From Chthoniobacteraceae bacterium (GTDB lineage: Bacteria > Verrucomicrobiota > Verrucomicrobiia > Chthoniobacterales > Chthoniobacteraceae): DNA of 36,067 nt. Shown piece after piece: positions 27,668 to 36,067 of this stretch (positions are counted from its first letter, which is position 1; every line of letters begins with the position of its first letter). The DNA lies in NCBI GenBank assembly GCA_031409655.1, contig JANNXQ010000004.1, forward strand, positions 1 through 36,067, in the 5' to 3' direction. The notes beneath the pieces are model-generated. The model saw nothing but the letters and a program-made list of their open reading frames with translations. It did no database searches and was not told the DNA's origin. The translations under genes and the position numbers were made by a program.

Positions 27668-28983
27668 TGGTTCTCCGGATCACTGGTGATTCTCCCGATC
27701 GCTGCGGTCTTTGGGGAAAAGAAATACACTGCCAAGCCCGCGGCCATCGTCGCGAGGCCGGCGAGCGACTCCCGCGGATTTGAGCGCAGGATGTGCGCCA
27801 TCATCCACGCGGAGATCGCCAGGAAGATGAGCGGCGTGAAGGGGTAGCCCCACGTCTTGTAAGGACGCGGCAGCTCGGGCCGAGTCCAGCGCAGCACGAT
27901 GACGCCGAGCACCGTGGCAAACGAACTGACGATGAGACTGAACTGCACGTAGGTGAGCACTTTCGCAAAACTCGCCGTGAGCAGCAGCCCGCTGGCGATC
28001 GCCGCCTGCATGAGCACGGCCCGCGCGGGAATGCCGTGCGCCGTGCGCCGGCCCAGCCAGCGGAGCGCGTGCAGATCTTCGCCCATGGCCATGGTCACGC
28101 GCGGCCCCGTCCACATCATCGCGCTGATCGCCGAGACCAGCCCCGCGCAGATGAGCACGGCCATGATCTTCGCCCCCGCCGCGCCGAAGATGTGCGTGCC
28201 GGCCACCAGCGCGACCTCCACCTTGCCCGCCATCTCCGCGGTGGGAGTACTGCGGAGAAAAGCGGCATTCAGCGCGAGATAGAGCACGGCGACCACGGCT
28301 GTGCCGAGGCCAAGCGAGAGCGGGAGATTGCGCGCCGGATCGCGCACTTCGCCGACGATGTACACGGAACCATTCCAGCCCGAGTAGGCATACATGACAT
28401 AGACGAGGCTCACCGCGAAGGGGCCGCTGGTGATGAGCCGCAGATCGCCCGGCGCGGGCAGAAAGGAGATGGGCTGCGCCTGCGGCAAAAGAAAACCAGC
28501 CGCGACGATGGTCACGATGAGCGCGATCTTCAGCAGCGTGGCGCCATTTTGAAACGCACTCCCGACCTTCAGATCGCCGAGCAGGATCAGCGTGATCACC
28601 CACACCACCCCGAGCGAGAGCGACACCGCCGGCACGCCCGGCAGCACCGCGCCGAGATATTTTCCGAAAGCCATGGCCGCCAGCGCGACCGGCGCCGCGA
28701 AGCCGACGGTGGCCGAGATCCAGCCCGCGAGAAAGCCCGCCGCCGGATGATAGATGACGCTGAGGAAATGATACTCGCCGCCGGAGCGAGGGAGCGCCGC
28801 GGCGAGTTCGCCGTAGCAAAGCGCGCCGCAGAGCGCGCACAGGCCACCGACTGCCCAGAGCGCCATGATCGCAAAGCCCGTGGGCAGATCCCCCACTTGA
28901 AATCCGAGACTCGTGAAGACGCCGGTCCCGATCATGTCCGCGATGACGATGCAGGTCGCGGTGAGAAGAGAGACGGTGCGCAA
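27664..28983 (-). CDS. APC-family amino acid permease
   Basis: MIGTGVF, YGELAAALPRSGGEY, YAYSGWN, GEVRDPARNLP, GPRV..AMG.D, RPYKTWGYP; about 12 hydrophobic helices. Confidence 0.92.
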   Translation of the reverse strand: MRTVSLLTATCIVIADMIGTGVFTSLGFQVGDLPTGFAIMALWAVGGLCALCGALCYGELAAALPRSGGEYHFLSVIYHPAAGFLAGWISATVGFAAPVALAAMAFGKYLGAVLPGVPAVSLSLGVVWVITLILLGDLKVGSAFQNGATLLKIALIVTIVAAGFLLPQAQPISFLPAPGDLRLITSGPFAVSLVYVMYAYSGWNGSVYIVGEVRDPARNLPLSLGLGTAVVAVLYLALNAAFLRSTPTAEMAGKVEVALVAGTHIFGAAGAKIMAVLICAGLVSAISAMMWTGPRVTMAMGEDLHALRWLGRRTAHGIPARAVLMQAAIASGLLLTASFAKVLTYVQFSLIVSSFATVLGVIVLRWTRPELPRPYKTWGYPFTPLIFLAISAWMMAHILRSNPRESLAGLATMAAGLAVYFFSPKTAAIGRITSDPENQ

Positions 28984-29055
28984 GGAGTGCAGAGATGAAG
29001 GCCTAGCGACAAACGTCGCCGCCGTCGAAAGCGAACTGCGCTCGGCAAGGTGCCG

Positions 29056-29256
29056 TCATCCCTGGCGCCGTCCGCCGAGCCAGACCATCACGACCGCGAC
29101 CACCGCCGCAATCGCAGCCGCGACGAGGGCATTGGTGACCGATCCTGAGTTTGGGAAAAAGTAGTCCGCGGCGAAGATCCCCACGCCCACCGCGACGACC
29201 CAGGTGAGGAGCTGGTAATGGGAAGGACGGCGAGGATTCACGAGGGTAGCATGCAC
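29056..29256 (-). CDS. Small two-helix membrane protein, hypothetical
   Basis: Fills the gap between co-oriented genes; two hydrophobic segments and a basic C-terminus. Start uncertain. Confidence 0.5.
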   Translation of the reverse strand: MHATLVNPRRPSHYQLLTWVVAVGVGIFAADYFFPNSGSVTNALVAAAIAAVVAVVMVWLGGRRQG

Positions 29257-29285
29257 CGGGGCAGGGAAGACGAGGGAGGAGTTTT

Positions 29286-30392
29286 TTACCGCGCCAGGCC
29301 CGGGCCGCGCTCCAGATATTCCGCCCAGCGCGCACCGACCACTGCCGGCGCGAAGACGCGGTCGTAGGCTGCGCGCTGACGTCGCCGGGAGGCCGCGCCG
29401 GAGCGGATCGCGTCGGCTAGTTCGCGCACGGCGCTGGCCAATCCGGCGTCATCCACATCCCCCGGAACCAGGCGCACGCAATCCGGCTCCAGCGCCAACT
29501 CGCGGGTGCCGCCCTGATCGGTGGCCAGCCAGGGCAAGCCTGCGGACATGCCTTCGATGAGGCTCAGCGGCATTCCCTCATTGTGCGTGGAAGGCAGCAC
29601 CACCGCGTCCAGACTGCGCAGGATCGCCGCATGTTCCGCCGCTCCCGCGTAAGCTCCGTGATAGATGACGCGCGGCTGGCCCGCGAAAGATTCCGGCGGA
29701 TACGCGGGCCCCGCGCCATGCACGTGCCACTCCACATCCGCGAGCGCCGGTTCCGCCGCCAGCCGAAGGACGCGGTCCACGCCCTTTTCCGGAATCAAAC
29801 GACCGACGAAGCCAAACCGGACGGGCGCGACTTTATCCGCTGCACGCTCTTGGACCTCTCCGCCAGACATGGGACACGCCGCCAGGTAGGGCAGGAAAAG
29901 CACGTCGCGCCGCCCGCTGTTTTCGCCGATCGCCGCCGCCGTGGCGCGGCTGCACGCCACCAGCTCGCCCGCTTCCTCCAGCACCCGGCGAAATTCCGCC
30001 GACCACGTGCTCCGTTCCGTCGCATCCGCCGCCGTGTGGTGGTGATGCACGCACCGCGTCGTCGGTCCCGCCGCACGCCAGACGTGGCGCGCGAGACCGC
30101 TCTGCCCATTCGTGTAAATCACGTCCCACTGCACGCGGCGCAGGCGCAACAGGCGCCACTTCAGCCAGAGCAACTTGACCGCCGCCGGGGCGCTGCCCCG
30201 CGCGATGGGCAGCTCTTCCAGACGCACTCCGGCCGCCACCAACTCCCGCCGCAAGGGCGCGCCGAGCGAGTGACTGGTCGTGAGCAAAGTCACCCGATGA
30301 CCGCGGGTGGCCATCAGCGCGGCCACGCCGACTACGTGGCGCTCCATGCCGCCGTAGGTCGCCATCTGCGGAGCGTAAACTAAAAGATCCAT
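29286..30392 (-). CDS. GT4-family glycosyltransferase
   Basis: GGMERHV, GH.VT, FVGRLIPEKG, PSTHNEGMPLSLIEGMSAGLP, TDQGG..E. Confidence 0.9.
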   Translation of the reverse strand: MDLLVYAPQMATYGGMERHVVGVAALMATRGHRVTLLTTSHSLGAPLRRELVAAGVRLEELPIARGSAPAAVKLLWLKWRLLRLRRVQWDVIYTNGQSGLARHVWRAAGPTTRCVHHHHTAADATERSTWSAEFRRVLEEAGELVACSRATAAAIGENSGRRDVLFLPYLAACPMSGGEVQERAADKVAPVRFGFVGRLIPEKGVDRVLRLAAEPALADVEWHVHGAGPAYPPESFAGQPRVIYHGAYAGAAEHAAILRSLDAVVLPSTHNEGMPLSLIEGMSAGLPWLATDQGGTRELALEPDCVRLVPGDVDDAGLASAVRELADAIRSGAASRRRQRAAYDRVFAPAVVGARWAEYLERGPGLAR

Positions 30393-30491
30393 GCGTGGGG
30401 AAGACGTCTATCGATGCAGCGTGCGAATGTCTCGCCGACGTCGTCGCAGAATTCGCTCAGGCCATCGGAATCGTCGGGGCTTGCCGCAGAC

Positions 30492-33400
30492 TCAGGTGGC
30501 AGCGGGCGCAGGATCAGGGTCGTAGTTCAGATTCGGGCCGAGCCAGCGTTCGACTTCCGTTACGGTCATGCCTTTGCGGACGTGGTAGTCGGCGACTTGG
30601 TCGCGGTCGATCTTGCCGAGGCCGAAGTAGCGGGCCTGCGGATGCGCGAAGTAGAGACCGCTGACACTCGAGCCGGGCCACATGGCGAAGTTTTCGGTGA
30701 CCTTGATGCCGGTGTTTTTCTCCACGTCGAGGAGCTGCCAGAGCGTGCCTTTTTCCGTGTGATCCGGGCACGCGGGGTAACCGGCGGCGGGGCGGATGCC
30801 GCGATACTTTTCTTCGATCAGATCGTCGGTGCTCAGACCCTCCATCTTACCAAAGCCCCATTCGTCGCGGGTGTGTTTGTGGAGGTATTCGGCGCAGGCT
30901 TCGGCGAGCCGATCCGCGAGGGCTTCGGCCATGATGGCGTTGTAGTCGTCGTGATCAGCTTTGAATTTTTCGACGACTTCTTTCAGCCCGATGCCCGTGG
31001 TCACGGCAAACGCTCCGATGTGATCGGCGAGTATTGGCGTGACGGATTTCGGCGCGATGAAATCGGCGAGTGAGCGTTGCGGTTCGCCGGCTTCCTTGAC
31101 CATTTGCTGGCGGAGAAAGTGGAACCTCGTCAGCACCTTGGTGCGCGTTTCGTCGGTGTAGAGTTCGACGTCGTCGCCATCCGCGTTCGCCGGAAAGATG
31201 CCGTACACGGCGTTCGCGGAGATGAGCTTGTCGGCGATGAGGCGGTCGAGGAGTTTCTGGGCATCGGCGAAAACCTTGCGCGCCTGCTCACCGTATTTTT
31301 CGTGCTGCAAGATGGACGGATAGACGCCGCGCAGTTCCCAGGTGTGGAAGAAGGGAGACCAATCGATGTAGTCGCGGAGCGTCGTGAGCGGAAAATCCTT
31401 GAGGACCCGCACGCCGGTGAATTCCGGCTGCGCGATATCCTCCGTGCGCCACTCGATCGGCGTGCGATTCGCCCGTGCGGTTTCGAGCGCGATGAGCTTT
31501 TGCTTCGGGCCGGCGTGCTGTTGACGGAGCTTCTCGTAGTCGGCGCGGTGCTGCGTCACGAAGGCCACCTTGGCTTCCTTGTTCAGCAGCGTGGTGGTCA
31601 CGGGCACGGCGCGGCTGGCGTCGAGCACATGCACCACAGGCTCACTGTAATACTGCGCAATCTTCACCGCGGTGTGCGCGCGGCTCGTCGTCGCACCACC
31701 GATGAGCAGCGGGATTTTCATCCCCGTGCGCTCCATCTCTTTCGCGACATGCACCATCTCGTCGAGCGATGGAGTGATGAGGCCGCTCAGTCCGATGAGG
31801 TCGGCATTCTCTTCCTTGGCGCGCGCCAAAATCTTCTCGCACGACACCATCACGCCCATGTCGATGACCTCGTAGTTATTACACGCGAGCACCACACCCA
31901 CGATGTTCTTGCCGATGTCATGGACGTCGCCCTTCACCGTCGCGAGCACGATCTTGCCTTGGGCTTTCACGGCCTCCCCGCGCGCCGCCATCTCGGCTTT
32001 TTCCGCCTCCATGAAGGGGGTGAGATAGGCCACGGCTTTCTTCATCACGCGCGCGGATTTCACCACCTGCGGCAGGAACATTTTCCCCGCGCCGAAAAGA
32101 TCGCCGACCACGCTCATGCCGTCCATGAGCGGTCCTTCGATGACCAGCAGCGGCTTGCCGAGCTTGGCCCGCGCTTCTTCCGTATCGAGGTCGATGAAGG
32201 CGTCGATGCCCTTGACCAGCGAATGCGAGAGTCGCTCCTCGACCGTGCCCTTGCGCCATTCCTCTTCCTTCTTCGCCACGGCCGCGCCGCTCGCGCCCGC
32301 GCTGGCGAGCTTCAGCTTCTCGCCGTGATCGACGAGCCGCTCGGTGGCGTCGGGACGGCGATTGAGCAGCACATCCTCGACGAGCACTTTCAATTCCGGC
32401 TCGATCTCTTCATACACTTCGAGCATGCCGGCATTGACGATGCCCATGTCCATGCCCGCCTGGATCGCGTGGTAAAGAAACGCCGAGTGCATGGCCTCGC
32501 GCACATGGTTATTGCCGCGGAAGCTGAACGAGATGTTCGAGACACCGCCGCTGATTTTCGCGTGCGGCAGGTTCGCTTTGATCCAGCGCGTGGCCTCGAT
32601 GAAATCGACGGCGTAGTTGTTGTGCTCCTCGATGCCGGTCGCGACGGTGAGGATGTTCGGATCGAAGATGATGTCCTCCGGCGCCAGGCCGACTTCGTCC
32701 ACGAGGATGCGGTAGGCGCGTTCGCAAATGCGGATTTTCTCCGCGTAAGTGGCGGCCTGTCCGTTTTCGTCGAAGGCCATCACGACGACCGCCGCGCCGT
32801 ATTTCAGCACCGCCCGCGCCTGCTCGCGGAAGGCGTCCTCGCCGCCCTTGAGCGAGATGGAATTCACGATGCCTTTGCCTTGCAGACATTTCAGGCCGGC
32901 CTCGATCACTTCCCACTTCGACGAGTCCACCATGAAGGGCACCTTCGCGACTTCCGGCTCGCTGCCGAGGAGTTGGAGGAAACGCGACATCGCCGCGACG
33001 CCGTCGATCATGCCCTCGTCCATGCAGATATCGATGACGTTCGCGCCGTTCTCCACCTGCTGGCGCGCGATGGCCACGGCGTCCTCGTAGTTCCCGTCCT
33101 TGATCAGCTTCGCAAACTTCGGCGAACCCGCGACGTTCGTGCGCTCGCCGATCAGGAGGAAGTTGCCGATCTGCTGCGTGAATGGCTGCGAGCCCGACAG
33201 ACGCAGCGGGAGCGCTGCGCCGGTGGAAAATTTCGTCTCCTCCCACGGCTCGCGCGGCGGACGATTCGCCAGCGCCTTTGCGATCGCCGCGATGTGCTCC
33301 GGCGTATTGCCGCAGCAGCCGCCGGCGATGTTGATCAAGCCCGTCTGCGCGAAGTCGCCGAGCCAGCGGCCCATGTCCGCGGGTTCGAGATCGAAGCCAG

Positions 33401-34316
33401 TGGGCGCGAGCGGATTTGGCAGGCCGGCATTCGGGTAGCAGGAAATCGCGGCCTTTGAGCGCGTCGAGAGTTCCTCCAAAAACGGCCGCATCAGATCCGG
33501 CCCGAGCGAGCAATTCAGCCCGACCGAGAGCGGCTTCACATGCTTCACGGCATTCCAAAACGCCTCCACCGTCTGCGCCGAAATCATCGTTTCCCCACCA
33601 CGCCCGACCGCCGCGGAGATCGAGATCGGCAGCCGCACTTTGTCTTTCTCAAAGACCTCCTGAATCGCGACCAGCGCCGCCTTGGCGTTCAGCGAATCGA
33701 AGATCGTCTCGACGAGCAAAATGTCCGAGCCGCCCGCGATGAGCGCCCGCACTTGCTGGATGTAGGCCGCTTTCACCTGACCGAAAGTGACCACGCGGAA
33801 TCCCGCGTCGTCCGCGTCCGGCGAGTTCGATAGCGAGACCGTGAGCGGCCCGATCGCACCCGCCACGAAGCGTTGCTTGCCGTCCTGGTTGGCCACGCGA
33901 TCCGCCCACTCGCGACACTGCCGCGCGGAGGTCTCATTGATCTCCCACGCGAGGTCGCCCAGGAATTTGTCCTCGATGATCTTCTGGTAAAACGCCGGGT
34001 CTTTCCGCCCGCCGCGCTCCCGCGGATCTTCGACGAAAAACTCGCTCTGCCCGATGCTCGTCGCCGAGAAAGTATTCGTCTCGATGATATCCGCGCCGGC
34101 CTCTAGGAAGCGCCGGTGGATGTCGCAGATCATGTCCGGCTGCGTGAGGGAAAAGAGGTCGCCGTTGTTCAGCAGATCCTTGTCGGCATCCAGGAAGCGC
34201 GTGCCGCGCATGTCGGCCTCCGTTTTCCCATAAGCGCGGATCGTCGTCCCCATCGCGCCGTCGATGATGGCGATGCGTTCGCGGAGGATTTTTTCGAGCG
34301 GGTGCAGGTCGGACAT
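30492..34316 (-). CDS. metH: Cobalamin-dependent methionine synthase
   Basis: DGAMGT, IETNTF, GLNC and GGCCG zinc ligands, [19 protein letters not shown]12 motif, [12 protein letters not shown]. Start placed at ATG 34316 (MSDLHP). Confidence 0.97.
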   Translation of the reverse strand: MSDLHPLEKILRERIAIIDGAMGTTIRAYGKTEADMRGTRFLDADKDLLNNGDLFSLTQPDMICDIHRRFLEAGADIIETNTFSATSIGQSEFFVEDPRERGGRKDPAFYQKIIEDKFLGDLAWEINETSARQCREWADRVANQDGKQRFVAGAIGPLTVSLSNSPDADDAGFRVVTFGQVKAAYIQQVRALIAGGSDILLVETIFDSLNAKAALVAIQEVFEKDKVRLPISISAAVGRGGETMISAQTVEAFWNAVKHVKPLSVGLNCSLGPDLMRPFLEELSTRSKAAISCYPNAGLPNPLAPTGFDLEPADMGRWLGDFAQTGLINIAGGCCGNTPEHIAAIAKALANRPPREPWEETKFSTGAALPLRLSGSQPFTQQIGNFLLIGERTNVAGSPKFAKLIKDGNYEDAVAIARQQVENGANVIDICMDEGMIDGVAAMSRFLQLLGSEPEVAKVPFMVDSSKWEVIEAGLKCLQGKGIVNSISLKGGEDAFREQARAVLKYGAAVVVMAFDENGQAATYAEKIRICERAYRILVDEVGLAPEDIIFDPNILTVATGIEEHNNYAVDFIEATRWIKANLPHAKISGGVSNISFSFRGNNHVREAMHSAFLYHAIQAGMDMGIVNAGMLEVYEEIEPELKVLVEDVLLNRRPDATERLVDHGEKLKLASAGASGAAVAKKEEEWRKGTVEERLSHSLVKGIDAFIDLDTEEARAKLGKPLLVIEGPLMDGMSVVGDLFGAGKMFLPQVVKSARVMKKAVAYLTPFMEAEKAEMAARGEAVKAQGKIVLATVKGDVHDIGKNIVGVVLACNNYEVIDMGVMVSCEKILARAKEENADLIGLSGLITPSLDEMVHVAKEMERTGMKIPLLIGGATTSRAHTAVKIAQYYSEPVVHVLDASRAVPVTTTLLNKEAKVAFVTQHRADYEKLRQQHAGPKQKLIALETARANRTPIEWRTEDIAQPEFTGVRVLKDFPLTTLRDYIDWSPFFHTWELRGVYPSILQHEKYGEQARKVFADAQKLLDRLIADKLISANAVYGIFPANADGDDVELYTDETRTKVLTRFHFLRQQMVKEAGEPQRSLADFIAPKSVTPILADHIGAFAVTTGIGLKEVVEKFKADHDDYNAIMAEALADRLAEACAEYLHKHTRDEWGFGKMEGLSTDDLIEEKYRGIRPAAGYPACPDHTEKGTLWQLLDVEKNTGIKVTENFAMWPGSSVSGLYFAHPQARYFGLGKIDRDQVADYHVRKGMTVTEVERWLGPNLNYDPDPAPAAT

Positions 34317-34471
34317 GGTTACGCGAAAGGAATCACAGAGTGTGCCGCGGCTCAAGGGACGAATAAACGTATCATGATGGGAAGATGCGTGCAGTGCGGA
34401 GACCTAAATGGGTGGTCGCTCAACTTCGCGGTGGAATAGCGCGCAGGCTTATCGTCATGCTCGCGCCCCGC

Positions 34472-35461
34472 ATGAAATTCCTCCCTCTCCTGCTCGCTCC
34501 GCTGACCATCCTCGCCGAACCGCTGCCACCATTCCAGATGTCGATCGAGCGCCTCGATCCGGCGCTCGACAAACTCATCCCGCCAAACGCGCAGGTGGAG
34601 AAATGCGCGGAGGGCTTCAACTGGTCGGAAGGCCCGACATGGTTCAAGGGCTCGGTCGTCTTCTCCGATGTGCCGGAGAACGTGATCTTCCAATGGAAAC
34701 CCGGCGCGACGGTGGCCACGCAGTTCCTTAAGCCGAGCGGTATGCTCACGCCGCAGCCGGGCTTCCGCGAGCAGGGCTCGAATGGCCTCGCCGTCGATGC
34801 CGAAGGTCGGCTGCTCATCTGCCAGCACGGCGAGCGGCGGATCGCGCGGCTGAATGTGGACGGAACGCTGACCGCGCTTGCGGATCGCTACGAGGGCAAG
34901 CGCTTCAACAGCCCGAACGATCTCGCGTTGCGCAAGAACGGCGAGATCTACTTCACCGACCCGCCCTATGGCCTCGAAGGCGGCAACAAGTCGCCGCTCA
35001 AGGAACTCGCGTGGAACGGCGTCTATCGCCTCGCGAAAGACGGCAAAGTTTCGCTGCTCGTGAAAGATCTGACCTTCCCGAATGGCATCGCCTTTTCCCC
35101 GGACGAGAAAATCCTCTACGTCGCGGTCAGCGATCCGAAGCAAACGCAGATCATGGCTTACGACGTGCAGGCCGATGGCGGCGTGGCCAATGGGCGGGTC
35201 TTCTTCAATGCCCAACCGCTGAAGGACACCGGACGCAAAGGCGGCTGCGACGGCATGAAAGTGGACGCGCAGGGGAACGCCTGGGCCACCGGCCCCGGCG
35301 GTGTGCTGGTGATCTCCCCGGCGGGGAAACATCTCGGCACCGTGATGACTGGCAACAACACCGGCAACTGCGCCTGGGGCGACGACGGCTCCACGCTGTA
35401 CATCACGGCCGACATGTACTTCGTGAAGGTGAAGACGGCCACGAAAGGCGCGGGCTGGTGA
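34472..35461 (+). CDS. SMP-30/gluconolactonase family protein, secreted
   Basis: GF.WSEGP.W, FSDVP.N, GSNGL, RFNSPND, YFTDPPYG, PNGIAFSPDE, DGMKVD, NCAWG, LYITA. Signal-like start at ATG 34472. Confidence 0.92.
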   Translation: MKFLPLLLAPLTILAEPLPPFQMSIERLDPALDKLIPPNAQVEKCAEGFNWSEGPTWFKGSVVFSDVPENVIFQWKPGATVATQFLKPSGMLTPQPGFREQGSNGLAVDAEGRLLICQHGERRIARLNVDGTLTALADRYEGKRFNSPNDLALRKNGEIYFTDPPYGLEGGNKSPLKELAWNGVYRLAKDGKVSLLVKDLTFPNGIAFSPDEKILYVAVSDPKQTQIMAYDVQADGGVANGRVFFNAQPLKDTGRKGGCDGMKVDAQGNAWATGPGGVLVISPAGKHLGTVMTGNNTGNCAWGDDGSTLYITADMYFVKVKTATKGAGW

Positions 35462-35500
35462 CTCCAGTGACTGGCGGCGTGAGATTGAACACCCCGCTGC

Positions 35501-35632
35501 TGTCATCCTGAGCGAAGTCGAAGGATCTCACGCATCCGGGGGCAGCGGTGGTGCGGGGCTTCACCGTCACTCCGCAACGCAGTCGCTCGTCTTGCTGGGA
35601 CATTCTCCGACTCCGCTCCCCACGCGATGGCA
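35501..35632. repeat. REP-like palindromic repeat with a degenerate inverted partner
   Basis: TGTCATCCTGAGCGAAGTCGAAGGATCTC (35501-35529) and partner GACATTCTCCGACTCCGCTC...GATGGCA (35599-35632), between convergent genes. Confidence 0.6.
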
Positions 35633-35742
35633 GGCACTTTCCGTTCTCCCTGCTCGTCACCGCCTCAGACACATTCTGTCGGCGGATGCTTTGACATGAG
35701 TCCGAGTGAAATGCAGATGGATCGGTGGACCCTCCTGAGAAG

Positions 35743-36067
35743 TCAGCGGATGCCGAGCGCCGGGCGATGCACGCCGCGGACGGACCAGGCGAATAGACCC
35801 AGGCTCAGTGCGGTGCCGGCGAGGATCATGAGGCGCGTGAACCATGACGCGGAGGCGGCGGCTTTGGCCTTAAGTCCGATCTGCAGGTCGGCCCAATTAT
35901 CCACCGCGACGCTTCGGCTGAAGGTAATCAGGCGGCCTTGTTCCGGGATGCTGGCCTGGATCGTGGCGGGATTCGTGACTGCGGCGTCCTGCTGCTGGAT
36001 CAGCCGCTCGGCGCAGCGCATCAGCGCGGCGTTTTCGTCCGCCGGGTTGCGGTCCATGAATTGTTTC
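35743..36067 (-). CDS. C-terminal part of a membrane-anchored protein of unknown function (start outside the window)
   Basis: Frame is open from the window edge (KQFMDRNP...) and ends in a hydrophobic helix plus basic tail. Confidence 0.7.
   Translation of the reverse strand, partial: KQFMDRNPADENAALMRCAERLIQQQDAAVTNPATIQASIPEQGRLITFSRSVAVDNWADLQIGLKAKAAASASWFTRLMILAGTALSLGLFAWSVRGVHRPALGIR

Noticed and set aside
34317..34471. Expected SAM, SAH or cobalamin riboswitch upstream of metH
   Set aside because: No recognisable consensus on the - strand; the gap is short and shared with a divergent gene.
8133..35506. Long alternative ORFs (e.g. 8133-9656, 9778-10989, 22766-24061, 26537-27847, 31077-33458, 34352-35506) and ORFs across repeats (12734-13192, 16936-17361, 18707-19335)
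   Set aside because: These are antisense or off-frame shadows of well-supported genes in GC-rich DNA, or translations of repeats, with no recognisable motifs.

Overview
GC-rich bacterial chromosomal window; gene families and protein styles suggest Verrucomicrobiota (Chthoniobacter-like), which is an inference. From left to right: the left end of an IS5-family element (partial transposase, absent from the ORF track) inserted in a giant PA14/CHRD/DUF1800 gene; its Tat-exported DUF1501 partner, frameshifted in a G7 tract; recF; hisS; a secreted TPR protein; a secreted subtilase that appears to have a Glu-His-Ser triad; hemW; a hicBA toxin-antitoxin pair; actP-like symporter with DUF485; a partial type II secretion-like cluster (H-I-J-K-L-M-C like); a GT4 gene divergent from a GpgS-like gene; an APC permease coupled to two paralogous secreted proteins of unknown function; a second GT4; metH; an SMP-30/gluconolactonase; and a partial gene at the right edge. 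The most unusual signal is non-coding. There are three copies of an element with a ~62-bp core between inverted heptamer arrays, two copies of a ~170-bp palindromic MITE-like element, a second heptamer family, and a sharp C-rich to G-rich strand switch centred on the repeat cluster between gspJ and gspK. No rRNA, tRNA or CRISPR array was seen.
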